Shown here: positions 1 through 9,650 of the stretch, one piece after another
How positions within the stretch are numbered: the stretch's first letter is position 1
How the letters are laid out: every line of letters starts with the position of its first letter
NCBI GenBank assembly: GCA_905205665.1
Contig: CAJLEF010000001.1
Coordinates: 15,120-79,119, forward strand
Origin: an uncultured Bacillota bacterium
Lineage (GTDB): Bacteria > Bacillota_I > Bacilli_A > RF39 > UBA660
Length of the DNA stretch: 64,000 bases
Reading direction: 5' to 3'
Notes under the pieces: model-generated
Databases searched by the model: none
Seen by the model: only the letters and a program-made list of their open reading frames with translations
Told to the model about the DNA's origin: nothing
Made by a program: the position numbers and the translations under genes

Positions 1-1
1 C

Positions 2-214
2 GATTTAAATCGTCAAAAAGTAAATTATGATCATTTAAATGAATTGTGTATTCAAAATGAGTTTCCTTTTAAAATTGTAGACGGTAATTTACAAGAACAA
101 GATATTTTAAAAAGAACGAATAAGATATCCGGATATATTAATGATATCAGTATTATTTTTCTAACTATTTTTATGGGAATTTTAATAGGTATCATTTTTA
201 TTATAAAAGGTTAG
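2..214 (+). CDS. 3-prime end of an upstream gene (partial), with a C-terminal hydrophobic anchor
   Basis: The frame is open from the window edge to TAG at 212-214. The tail ...ISGYINDISIIFLTIFMGILIGIIFIIKG ends in a ~20-residue hydrophobic helix. No family recognised. Confidence 0.3.
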   Translation, partial: DLNRQKVNYDHLNELCIQNEFPFKIVDGNLQEQDILKRTNKISGYINDISIIFLTIFMGILIGIIFIIKG

Positions 215-225
215 AAAGGTTTTTT

Positions 226-891
226 ATGAAAATAGCGTTAATAAATGAAAATAGTCAAAAAGATAAAAATGAATTTATCTATAAAATTTTAAATAAAGTA
301 GCTTCTAAATATGGTCATGAAGTTTACAATTATGGGGTAAGTAATGATAAAGAATGTAGTATAGATTATGTTGGAGCTGGCATTTTAGCAGGGCTTTTGT
401 TAAATAGTAAAGCAGTTGATTTTGTAATTACTGGTTGTGCTTCTGGAATAGGCGTAACAATGAGTTTAAATGCGATGCCAGAGGTTTATGGGGGATATGT
501 CGCAGATAGTGTCGATGCTAAATTATTTTGTAAAGTAAATGCTGGAAATGCTATTGCCATTCCGTTTGGCAAATATTTTGGTACCGGTTCTGAATTTTTA
601 TTAGAGGGTATTTTTGAAACTTTATTTAGCACCGAGTTTTTAAGTGGTTATCCTGCTAAAAGAAAAGAAATTCAAAGTTTACAAAAACAAGAACTTGTTC
701 ACTTAAAACAAACAACGCAGATAGCGATGAGTGAAATATTAGAAGAGTTAGACAAAGACATGCTAAAAGATATGATTTATAATGAATACTTTGAAGAAAA
801 CTTTTTTAAAAACTGTGATAATGAATTTTTAGGTATTTTAGTTAAAAATATTTTTGATAAATGGGAAAATGAGGAAAGTGAATTAAACTAG
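226..891 (+). CDS. RpiB/LacA/LacB-family sugar-phosphate isomerase-like protein
   Basis: The core DFVITGCASGIGVTMSLNAMPEV...VNAGNAIAIPFG parallels the E. coli RpiB core ILICGTGVGISIAANKFAGI...DTNVLAFG. It has an extra ~70-aa C-terminal extension. Confidence 0.55.
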   Translation: MKIALINENSQKDKNEFIYKILNKVASKYGHEVYNYGVSNDKECSIDYVGAGILAGLLLNSKAVDFVITGCASGIGVTMSLNAMPEVYGGYVADSVDAKLFCKVNAGNAIAIPFGKYFGTGSEFLLEGIFETLFSTEFLSGYPAKRKEIQSLQKQELVHLKQTTQIAMSEILEELDKDMLKDMIYNEYFEENFFKNCDNEFLGILVKNIFDKWENEESELN

Positions 892-940
892 ACTTTCCTT
901 TTTTATTTCGTTATAATAATCTTTCCAACAGGGGGAAGTT

Positions 941-1963
941 ATGCCAAAAGTAAGTATTATTGTACCAATATATAATGTTTCCAAATATTTGAGCACATGT
1001 TTAAATTCTTTAGTCACACAATCTTTGCAAGATATTGAAATTATTTGTGTTGAAGATAAAAGTACGGATAGTAGTAGGGAAATCTTAAGGGAATATGAAA
1101 AAAATTACCCTTATTTAATTAAAGCTATCTATTTAGAGGAAAATGGAGGGCTTTCTCATGCTAGAAATGAAGGTCTTAAAGTTGCAAATGGAAAATATAT
1201 TGGTTTTGTAGATTCTGATGATTTAGTTTCTCACACAATGTTTGGTGATTTTTCAAACACTTTAGAAGAATATGATTTACCTATTTTAGTTGGCAATTGT
1301 TTTCAAATAAGAGAAAATGATTATCTTCATAATGAAGTTTTTCCAAGACAGAAAAAAGCTATACCTCATATCGAAGATTATTTAAAAACGCCGAAATCTT
1401 TTTTTATGGAAACACCAGCTGTCTGGGATAAGTTATTTTTACATGATTTTATACAATATGAAAAATTTATAGATGGTGTTGTTTATGAAGACGTTTCTTT
1501 TACATATCCTTTACTTTTAAAAGCTAAAAAAACCGTTCAGCTTCTTCAATATGATTATGCCTATAGACAAAGAAAGGCAAGTATCATGGCTAACAGTTCG
1601 TTAAAAAACATTCAGATATTAGATCTGTTTAAGATTTATGAAAGTTGTGTCCAAAGTCATTTAGAACCAAAGTTAAAAAGTATGCTTTTAGATCAAATTA
1701 AGTATGAAATTTTTAGTAAGTCAGTTCAAATTAATGGTTGGGAGATGTCCCCAAAAGAAAAGAATCACATATTAGAACTTTATTTAAAACTTGCTGAATA
1801 TAAAGTAAAAAACTTTTGGCATTATGAAAACGAATATCCTCAGATATATTATTGTAATTTAAAAGAAATTTTGCAAAAAAAAATAGAAGGCAAGAAGAAA
1901 ATTTTAAGTGAAAATGAAGCTAAAAATATCGAAGAGAAACTTATCCGGATTATAAAAAGATAG
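941..1963 (+). CDS. Family 2 glycosyltransferase
   Basis: N-terminus VSIIVPIYNVSKYL, EDKSTDSS, and the DxD-type motif FVDSDD are typical of GT2 (GT-A fold). RBS GGGGGA lies upstream. Confidence 0.8.
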   Translation: MPKVSIIVPIYNVSKYLSTCLNSLVTQSLQDIEIICVEDKSTDSSREILREYEKNYPYLIKAIYLEENGGLSHARNEGLKVANGKYIGFVDSDDLVSHTMFGDFSNTLEEYDLPILVGNCFQIRENDYLHNEVFPRQKKAIPHIEDYLKTPKSFFMETPAVWDKLFLHDFIQYEKFIDGVVYEDVSFTYPLLLKAKKTVQLLQYDYAYRQRKASIMANSSLKNIQILDLFKIYESCVQSHLEPKLKSMLLDQIKYEIFSKSVQINGWEMSPKEKNHILELYLKLAEYKVKNFWHYENEYPQIYYCNLKEILQKKIEGKKKILSENEAKNIEEKLIRIIKR

Positions 1964-2011
1964 ACGAATATCTTTTTTTCTTTTATAATGAATTTAGGAA
2001 GGATGAGGAAT

Positions 2012-2911
2012 ATGTTAAAAGTTAGTCATGTAACAAAATACTATGATACTCATAAAGCAGTTGATGATTTATCTTTTACGGTGAATGATGGTGAAATCTT
2101 TGGCCTTTTAGGTGTTAATGGTGCCGGAAAAACAACCACTTTTAGAATGATTATCGGTTTATTAAAACCAACAAGTGGTGAAATTACTTTAGATGGTAAG
2201 CCAATCGATTATTCAGTTACTGATAAAATCGGCTTTTTAACTGAAGAAAGAAGTTTACTTACCAAATTAACTGTGAAAGAACAAATTATTTATTATGGGG
2301 TTTTAAAAGGTTTAGACGAAAAAACTATTTTAGAAAGATTAGATGAATGGCTTAAAAAATTCCATATTGAAGAATATAAAGATCGGAAAATAAAGGAATT
2401 ATCAAAAGGAAATCAACAAAAGATTCAGTTTATTTCGGCGGTGATTAGTGAACCTAAACTTCTTATTTTAGATGAGCCCTTTACAGGACTTGACCCAATC
2501 AATGTGGAAATGTTTATGGAAGCTATCCGAGAATTTAAAAAGAAAGGGTGTAGTATTATTTTCTCTTCGCACCGGATGGAACATGTGGAAATGTTTTGTG
2601 AAAAATTAGTTATTTTAGTAAAAGGAAAAGCTGTTTTAGAAGGTGATTTAAAAGAAATTAAAAAAGATTATCGTCGTAAAACGATTCACATTGTAGGTGA
2701 TGTTAATAAAGATGAGCTTTTAAATATGGAAGGTGTTTCTAATGTTTCAGAAAATGCTGATGAAATAACCGTGTCTGTTTTAGAAGACAAATATATTTCT
2801 AAAGTATTTGATGTCGTGAAAAAATGTCAAAATATTACTAAATTCGCGGTGGAAGACCCTAGTTTAAATGAAATATTTTTAAGTAAAGTAGGTGAATCAT
2901 ATGAAGGCTAA
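2012..2911 (+). CDS. ABC transporter ATP-binding protein (ABC-2/NatA-like)
   Basis: Walker A GVNGAGKTT, signature LSKGNQQK, Walker B LLILDEP, H-loop SSHRM. The ORF track starts at 1988, but ATG 2012 after a GAGGA box gives the usual N-terminus MLKVSHV. Confidence 0.85.
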   Translation: MLKVSHVTKYYDTHKAVDDLSFTVNDGEIFGLLGVNGAGKTTTFRMIIGLLKPTSGEITLDGKPIDYSVTDKIGFLTEERSLLTKLTVKEQIIYYGVLKGLDEKTILERLDEWLKKFHIEEYKDRKIKELSKGNQQKIQFISAVISEPKLLILDEPFTGLDPINVEMFMEAIREFKKKGCSIIFSSHRMEHVEMFCEKLVILVKGKAVLEGDLKEIKKDYRRKTIHIVGDVNKDELLNMEGVSNVSENADEITVSVLEDKYISKVFDVVKKCQNITKFAVEDPSLNEIFLSKVGESYEG

Positions 2912-4226
2912 ATTAAAATTTTTAACCAAACAAAGTTTAAACAAAAAAATAAAAACAAAATGGTTTAAAGGAGTCAATATTTTATTACTTATTTTACTTA
3001 TAGTAATTACTAATATTGATCAAATTGTTCGACTTTTCGGGGGCGATTTTGAAGATACCACGAAAATAGTTGTTGTAGATGAAATGGGCGGTTATGATTT
3101 ATTTAAAACTTCTTTTGATACTTTAACGAACGATTACAAAGACACTTATCACTTTGAAGTTTCTAAAACAACGGATACCTTAGAAAATGAAAAAAATTCT
3201 TTAAAAGATGATGATAAAAAAATTATTGTGCATTTAAAAGAAGATTCTGAAAATTATTTGAGTGCTGATTTAATTAGTTTTAATGAATTAAAAACAGTAG
3301 AAACACAATTTTTAGAAACTTCTATTAATAGTCTTAAAAGTTCTATGGCTATTTTAGAAAGTGGTTTAAGTGAAGAGGAAATTTCTAAATTAACTCGTCC
3401 GGCTTCCATTTCTCTTGTCGTGACAAATGAAGACAAGAGTAACGTTAAAAATAAAGACTTAATTACTTCAGGGGTTATTTTGGTAGTCATCTTACCTTGC
3501 TTTTTCTTAATACTTATGTTAGTTCAAATGATAGGCAGTGAAGTAAATGATGAAAAAACGACAAGAAGTATGGAAATCATTATTTCCAATGTTTCACCGG
3601 AAACGCATTTTCTTTCTAAAGTTTTAGCTTCCACTTTATTTGTTGTTATACAAGGATTGTTATTATTAGGTTATGCTATTATTGCCGTTTTAAGTCGTTT
3701 CTTATTTGGTGGTGGTAATATCATAAATGATGTGGGAACGGGCTTAGCTAGTCAAATGACCTCTATTTTGACAACCGTTAAAGAAACAGGCATTTTAACA
3801 ACTCTTTTACAAGGTCTTCCATGGATTCTTTTACTTTTCTTAGTTTCCTTTATCTTATATGGTATCGTAGCTGGCGTTTTGGCTTCTATGACAACTAGTA
3901 TGGAAGATTTCCAACAATTACAAACACCTATTATGTTAATTATTATGGTAGGCTATTATTTAGCTATCATGGCTAGTCAATTTGAAGGCGCTACCTTTAT
4001 TAAAATAATGTCTTATGTACCTATGTTAAGCTTTATGCTTTCACCATCTTTGTTTTTACTAGGACAAATAAGTATATATAGTTTAGCTATGGCTACCTTA
4101 ATTAATATTATCTTTACTTTTATTATTTTTAAATATGGTTTAAGAATTTATAAAGTAGGTATTTTAAACTATTCCTCTACGAAGTTATGGAAAAAAATGT
4201 TTAGGTCTTTGAAGAATAAAGAATAA
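2901..4226 (+). CDS. ABC-2 type transporter permease (NatB-like)
   Basis: It overlaps the stop of the ATPase gene. It has one N-terminal TM, a large extracytoplasmic loop, then about 5 C-terminal TM helices. ATG 2901 follows an AGGTGA RBS. Confidence 0.7.
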   Translation: MKAKLKFLTKQSLNKKIKTKWFKGVNILLLILLIVITNIDQIVRLFGGDFEDTTKIVVVDEMGGYDLFKTSFDTLTNDYKDTYHFEVSKTTDTLENEKNSLKDDDKKIIVHLKEDSENYLSADLISFNELKTVETQFLETSINSLKSSMAILESGLSEEEISKLTRPASISLVVTNEDKSNVKNKDLITSGVILVVILPCFFLILMLVQMIGSEVNDEKTTRSMEIIISNVSPETHFLSKVLASTLFVVIQGLLLLGYAIIAVLSRFLFGGGNIINDVGTGLASQMTSILTTVKETGILTTLLQGLPWILLLFLVSFILYGIVAGVLASMTTSMEDFQQLQTPIMLIIMVGYYLAIMASQFEGATFIKIMSYVPMLSFMLSPSLFLLGQISIYSLAMATLINIIFTFIIFKYGLRIYKVGILNYSSTKLWKKMFRSLKNKE

Positions 4227-4302
4227 GAGCAATAAGCTTTTATTTTTTTCTTGACTTTTTTCTGAATTTCTATAGAATAATAACCATCAATAGGGGGATA
4301 TT

Positions 4303-5208
4303 ATGACAAAAGATGAAAAAAGGTTGCAAGCCGAAAAAGAAGTATTAAAAGCAATGAAAAGTGGTGTACCAATTGTTGATTTAGATATTTTTAAACGTGT
4401 TCAAGATTTAACACCAAGTGAACAAGTATTGAATCAAATTTCTTATACAGAAGATCTTTATAAAGAGTATCATGATATGATAATGTCTCTTTCCAGTAGT
4501 TTAAGAAGTAATTATTTACAAATATTAAAAAGTGAAGATATTATCAACAATCAAGTTGTAGAAAAAGAAAATTCTTTCTTACTGGCTCTTTATTATAAAA
4601 CACATCCTAAAAATGCTATGGATGAAATGATTCGTTGTTGCAATTCAGAAATTACCGCTAGTGAGTTTATCAAAATACATGATAAATTATTAGATGGTAC
4701 CAGTAGCGAAGATCAAAAAGGTTTACGTGAAGATAATTTAAAGTTTGTTGGTACTTACGTAGCAGGTCAAAGACAGATTGATTATTTTCCTATTTTAGAG
4801 AAAGATATTGTCAAGGCTTTAAGAGAATATTTAAGTCTAATCAATGATAAAAAAAGAGTTCAAAGTAAAGAAGATGCCTTTTTAAAACCCATCATATATC
4901 ATGGACTACTCGCGGCTTTGCAACTATTTAAAGATGGTAACACTCGTTATGCCAGACTTATTCAACATATTAATTTATGGTATTATACTAACCAAACATT
5001 AGGTTATGATTTTTCATTGCCAACCGTTTATGCAACGAAGCAATATGCTGCTGACCGGGCAAGTTACCGTGGATTAATAAAGTCAATTGCGATTACAGAA
5101 AATGATGATGCCTGGAACAACTGGATAATTTTTAATTTAAAATGTCTTCAAAACAATATATGGGTTAATCAAAGTAATATAGAAACATTAAAAAGAAGAA
5201 AAAGCTAG
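4303..5208 (+). CDS. Fic/DOC-fold protein with a degenerate active-site motif
   Basis: QLFKDGNTRYAR (nt 4921-4956) lines up with the Fic signature HPFxxGNGRxxR, but His, Pro and the second Gly are replaced. Confidence 0.5.
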   Translation: MTKDEKRLQAEKEVLKAMKSGVPIVDLDIFKRVQDLTPSEQVLNQISYTEDLYKEYHDMIMSLSSSLRSNYLQILKSEDIINNQVVEKENSFLLALYYKTHPKNAMDEMIRCCNSEITASEFIKIHDKLLDGTSSEDQKGLREDNLKFVGTYVAGQRQIDYFPILEKDIVKALREYLSLINDKKRVQSKEDAFLKPIIYHGLLAALQLFKDGNTRYARLIQHINLWYYTNQTLGYDFSLPTVYATKQYAADRASYRGLIKSIAITENDDAWNNWIIFNLKCLQNNIWVNQSNIETLKRRKS

Positions 5209-5227
5209 AAAAATTTTTAGCTTTTTT
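5201..5227 (+). terminator. Rho-independent terminator after the Fic-like gene
   Basis: Stem AAAGCTA / TAGCTTT with a 10-nt loop, followed by a T-run. Confidence 0.5.
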
Positions 5228-5283
5228 ATAATGGTCAACAAATTAAATTTTTGCTATACTTATAAAGTAGGAGATGTATTAGT

Positions 5284-6009
5284 ATGGCGCATCGTAAAAA
5301 TAAAAAAAAGTCTTATGTTACCCAAGTAAGTATTATTATCTTTTTAGTATTTAGTTTAGTAAGCTCAATTTGGTTTAGTGATTATGATTTTAGTAGTCTT
5401 TGGGAACCTAAACAAAGTTATTCTATAGAAAATATTCCTTCTTATACTGGAGAAGATTATATTACCATTAATAATAATGTACCTTTTTTTAAAGAAAGCG
5501 AATACTCCACAACTTCTTTTGAAAGTTATAGTGATTTAGATAATTTACAAAGATGTGGTGTGGCGTATGCCTTAGTCGGTTTAGAAACTATGCCGTCAGA
5601 ACCAAGAGGAAGCATTGGCATGATAAAACCAACCGGTTGGCATACTGTGAAATATGATAACGTTGATGGTAAATATTTATATAATCGTTGTCATTTGGTT
5701 GGGTACCAATTAACTGGGGAAAATGCTAATGAAAAAAACTTAATTACCTGTACAAGACAAATGAATATTGGACCTATGTTAACTTATGAGAACAAGATAG
5801 CTGATTATGTTAAAAAGACAAGTAATCATGTTTTATATCGGGTGACACCTATTTTTGAAGGAAATAATTTACTTGCCAGTGGGGCTTTAATGGAAGGATA
5901 CTCAGTAGAAGACCATGGTGAGGGGATATCTTTTAATATTTATGTTTATAATGTTCAAAAAGGGATTGAAATAAATTATCGAACCGGAGAAAGTCGTCTC
6001 GCATCTTGA
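5284..6009 (+). CDS. Membrane-anchored DNA/RNA non-specific endonuclease (Endonuclease_NS_2-like)
   Basis: N-terminal TM helix. YNRCHLVGYQLTGENANEKNLITCTRQMN matches the NRxHLIGxQxxG...NL signature of secreted Gram-positive nucleases. Confidence 0.7.
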   Translation: MAHRKNKKKSYVTQVSIIIFLVFSLVSSIWFSDYDFSSLWEPKQSYSIENIPSYTGEDYITINNNVPFFKESEYSTTSFESYSDLDNLQRCGVAYALVGLETMPSEPRGSIGMIKPTGWHTVKYDNVDGKYLYNRCHLVGYQLTGENANEKNLITCTRQMNIGPMLTYENKIADYVKKTSNHVLYRVTPIFEGNNLLASGALMEGYSVEDHGEGISFNIYVYNVQKGIEINYRTGESRLAS

Positions 6010-6056
6010 CAAGGACGTCTTTTTTTGTTTTTATAGTAAAGGTTAGGAAGTGTTTT

Positions 6057-7310
6057 ATGAAATTTTATATATATACTTTAGGGTGTAAAGTAAATGCCTA
6101 TGAATCAGAAGTTATTAAAGAAGAATTTTTACAAAGTGGTTATCTTTTAGACCAAGAAAAACCAGATATCATTATTATTAATACGTGCTCAGTTACTAAT
6201 ATTGCTGATCAAAAATCTCGGAAAATGGTTAGAAGATTTAAAAAAAATCATAATGATGCCATTTTAGTTGTCTGTGGTTGTTCTTCTGAAAACAATCAAG
6301 TTTCTTATGATGAAATGGGAGTTGATATTTTAATTGGTAATGTAGGCAAAAATGACATCTTACATCTTGTAGAAAACTACATGAAAGACCACGAAAAATA
6401 TCAATACTTTACTAAAAAAAGAGATGTTTCTTTTGAAACGATGCATATTGATAAATTTACTACCCATACAAGAGCCTTTATTAAAATCCAAGATGGCTGT
6501 GATAATTTCTGCAGTTATTGCATTATCCCTTATTTACGTAAACAAAGACGTAACAAAGATTTTGAGGAAGCTTTAGAAGAAATTAAAACATTAGTTTCCA
6601 ATGGACATCAAGAAGTTGTTTTAACGGGTATTCATACCGGTTCTTATGAAAGTGAAGGAAAAGATTTAACAGACTTAATTCATGAGGCTAGCAAAATAGA
6701 AAATTTAAAAAGAATTCGTATTTCCTCTATCGAAGTTACAGAATTAAATGAAAAATTTATGAATGAATTAAAAAATAATCCTAAAATTTGTAATCATATG
6801 CACATTCCTTTACAAGCTGGTTCGGATGAAATCTTAAAGAAAATGAATCGTAAATATAATTTACAAGCTTATAAAGAAAAAATAGCCGAAATAAGAAATA
6901 TTAGACCTGATATTTCTATCACTACTGATGTTATTGTAGGACATCCTTATGAAACTGAAGAGTTATTTTTAAAGACAATGGCTACTTGTGAAGAAATTGC
7001 TTTCAGTAAAATTCATGTTTTTCCATATTCTATTAGACAAAATACAGCCGCGAGTAAAATGCCTATGCAAGTAGAAAGCAAAGAAAAACACCGCCGTAGT
7101 AAAGTTCTTTGTGAATTATCTGATAAATTAGAGAAAAATTACGCTAAAAAATTCATTGGTCAAAAAATGGAAGTTTTAACTGAACAAGATAATATTGGCT
7201 GTACTTCTAATTATTTAAAAGTTCATTTAAATACAACGGTAGAACCAAATAAACTATTAGAAGTTGAAATTATCGATTTAAAAGAAAACGAATTAATTGG
7301 TAAAATATAG
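6057..7310 (+). CDS. mtaB: Radical-SAM tRNA methylthiotransferase, MiaB-like (MtaB type)
   Basis: N-terminal MTTase domain YTLGCKVNAYES...NTCSVT, radical-SAM box CDNFCSYC, and a C-terminal TRAM-like segment. The true start is probably ATG 6057 after AGGTTAGGAAG, not 6006. Confidence 0.75.
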   Translation: MKFYIYTLGCKVNAYESEVIKEEFLQSGYLLDQEKPDIIIINTCSVTNIADQKSRKMVRRFKKNHNDAILVVCGCSSENNQVSYDEMGVDILIGNVGKNDILHLVENYMKDHEKYQYFTKKRDVSFETMHIDKFTTHTRAFIKIQDGCDNFCSYCIIPYLRKQRRNKDFEEALEEIKTLVSNGHQEVVLTGIHTGSYESEGKDLTDLIHEASKIENLKRIRISSIEVTELNEKFMNELKNNPKICNHMHIPLQAGSDEILKKMNRKYNLQAYKEKIAEIRNIRPDISITTDVIVGHPYETEELFLKTMATCEEIAFSKIHVFPYSIRQNTAASKMPMQVESKEKHRRSKVLCELSDKLEKNYAKKFIGQKMEVLTEQDNIGCTSNYLKVHLNTTVEPNKLLEVEIIDLKENELIGKI

Positions 7311-7368
7311 ATGGAATTAAATCCTAAATTTTGCTAAAATAATAATAGAATATTTGGGGTGATAAAGG

Positions 7369-7752
7369 ATGTTTCAAAATCCAGAATATAAAGATTTACA
7401 ATGGCTTGACAATGGTTTACAAAAAGGCTCTATTCATGTTAACACTGATTTTGATTTTAAAAAGCCTACTATAAGACCATTTGATAGGACTAAGAAGGGA
7501 ACTGTTTTGTCAATAGGTCGTGTCAATTATGGACTTTTGGATAACTTTATCATAACTTCTTTAAATGATTATTATCAAAAAGGCATGCAAACAAAAGATG
7601 AATATAAACGTAACGCTTTTATAAAAGAATATAATGAACTTTATATTTTATGGTATACCATTAACCAAGCTAAAAATACACAGAACCCTAATTTAAATAG
7701 TTATTATGATGACTTAGTTTATCGTCTTTATTTACTAGGGTACAAAGAGTAA
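7369..7752 (+). CDS. Hypothetical protein
   Basis: Clean ORF with a GGGGTGA RBS. No motif recognised. Confidence 0.4.
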   Translation: MFQNPEYKDLQWLDNGLQKGSIHVNTDFDFKKPTIRPFDRTKKGTVLSIGRVNYGLLDNFIITSLNDYYQKGMQTKDEYKRNAFIKEYNELYILWYTINQAKNTQNPNLNSYYDDLVYRLYLLGYKE

Positions 7753-7891
7753 TTTATGTGTCTATCTGACATAAAATTAAGAAAATAGGTTGTCCAAAAA
7801 TCGATAATTAAAAGCCTAATGATAAATATTATGTCAAACAAGTTTTAAGAAACAAATGTCTGTTAAAACAAATTTGGAAAGAGGATTCAAA

Positions 7892-8350
7892 ATGAAAGAA
7901 CTAACTATAGTATTAGACAGTTGGGGACATAAAGAACTAAAAGATTACTTAATGTCTTTAAAAGGTATTTCCAAGGTAATTGTTGAAGATGAAAGATATT
8001 TGAAAATTTATGTAAAGTATAATCCTACATTTATTACCCTTAAAATGATTAAAATGGAAATTTTATTATTTTTAGATATTTTAAAAGTACCATCTATTAT
8101 TGCCTTTGATAAACATTTTCAAAATAAAACATCTGAGTATCAAATAGTGAGAAAAGATATTTGCTGTGAGTATTGTTTCAAAAGCAGTGTTGAAGAGTTG
8201 TTTGATATAAAGGGAATAGAAAAAGTAGAAAGTGATTTTGACATAGAAACTTATGACAACAATAAAGAAATTGTGATAAATGTTACATATGATTCGTCTT
8301 TAATAAACGCGAGTGCTATGAAAGAAATAGAAATAAAACTAAACTTATAA
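7892..8350 (+). CDS. Hypothetical protein with a possible HMA-like (ferredoxin-fold) repeat
   Basis: ATG 7892 follows AAGAGGA. ICCEYCFKSSVEELFDIKGIEKVES resembles the MxCxxC...GV..v pattern of heavy-metal-associated domains. The N-terminal half looks like a Cys-less copy. Confidence 0.35.
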   Translation: MKELTIVLDSWGHKELKDYLMSLKGISKVIVEDERYLKIYVKYNPTFITLKMIKMEILLFLDILKVPSIIAFDKHFQNKTSEYQIVRKDICCEYCFKSSVEELFDIKGIEKVESDFDIETYDNNKEIVINVTYDSSLINASAMKEIEIKLNL

Positions 8351-8449
8351 AACTTCTTTTGAAAAAAATTCCAGGTAATCATGTTTTAGAGTTTCCAAAA
8401 ATAATGAAACATTAATTGATAGAAGAAAACTAAAAATGATTTTCTTTTT

Positions 8450-9538
8450 TTAGGTTTTTCTACTAATATTTAAAATAATTCCAATGGAAGCGAATGTAAC
8501 TAGTAGGCTACTGCCACCATAACTAAAGAAAGGCAAGGTAACGCCTGTCACCGGAATGAGCCCAATTACCACACATAAATTTAAAAGAGCTTGAATTAGA
8601 ATACCAATAGCTAAACCAAAAACTAAAAACTTATCAAATAAATCATTACATTTTAAAGATATTTTAACTGCCCGGTAGAAAAGAAAGAAGAAAAAAGAAA
8701 CAATAATAAGAACACCTAAGAAACCAAACTCTTCACTAATAATGGCAAAAATAAAATCTGTCTGAGGTTCTGGTAAATAAAAATGCTTTTGATGTGATTT
8801 TAAAAAGCCTTGTCCAAGAAGACCTCCTGGTCCTATCGCATACAAACTTTGAATAATTTGAAAACCACTTCCTAAAGGGTCACTCCAGGGATTTAAAAAA
8901 GAAACAATCCGGGCTATACGGTAAGGCGCAATAATGATAAGTAGGACAATCCCTCCTAATCCTATTAAACCTAAACTAACAAAAAAGGAAAGTTTAACCC
9001 CGCTTATAAAAATTAAACTAATTAAAGAAAGAGCCATTACCATTGCTGTACCAAAATCAGGTTCTAACATAATTAAAAGAAAAAAGACACCTATAAAAAT
9101 GAGAATTGGTAAAACACCTTTTTTAATACTTCGTAATTCTTTTTTGTTTTGAGCTAAATACTTAGAAACAAAAATGATTAAACCAATCTTGGCAAATTCA
9201 CTGGGTTGAATTCCAAATCCACCAATTCCAAACCAACTTCTAGAACCATTTCTAACCGTTCCAATTCCTGGAATAAGAACTAAAACAAGTAATAATAAGC
9301 ATAAAAAAACAATTTTATTGGCTTTTTCTTTCCAAAAAGAACTAGGAATTTTACTTAAAAAAAGACATTCTAAAATACCAATTATCCAAAAAACACTTTG
9401 AGCTTTAACAAATTTAAAAGCATCATGAAATTTATATTCAGCCCAGATAGAAGAAGCAGAGTAAATCATAACAATCCCAAATAAACTTATCAAAATGACT
9501 GTGATGAATAAAGTTCTATCAAAATGCTTCATTTTCAT
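8450..9538 (-). CDS. SEDS-family peptidoglycan polymerase (FtsW/RodA/SpoVE)
   Basis: About 10 TM helices. Conserved blocks SRSWFGIGGFGIQPSEFAK, PDFGT, LPEPQTDFIF, TGVTLPFFSYGGSS. Confidence 0.88.
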   Translation of the reverse strand: MKMKHFDRTLFITVILISLFGIVMIYSASSIWAEYKFHDAFKFVKAQSVFWIIGILECLFLSKIPSSFWKEKANKIVFLCLLLLVLVLIPGIGTVRNGSRSWFGIGGFGIQPSEFAKIGLIIFVSKYLAQNKKELRSIKKGVLPILIFIGVFFLLIMLEPDFGTAMVMALSLISLIFISGVKLSFFVSLGLIGLGGIVLLIIIAPYRIARIVSFLNPWSDPLGSGFQIIQSLYAIGPGGLLGQGFLKSHQKHFYLPEPQTDFIFAIISEEFGFLGVLIIVSFFFFLFYRAVKISLKCNDLFDKFLVFGLAIGILIQALLNLCVVIGLIPVTGVTLPFFSYGGSSLLVTFASIGIILNISRKT

Positions 9539-9650
9539 CTCCTCTTTTTAGTTAAGTTTATGCCTGATTCATAAAATTATGTTCAATCTATAGTTCTTAG
9601 CTCGTAATTTTGATATAATAAAAGCATAAAATTTATGGGAGGAAAAAATT

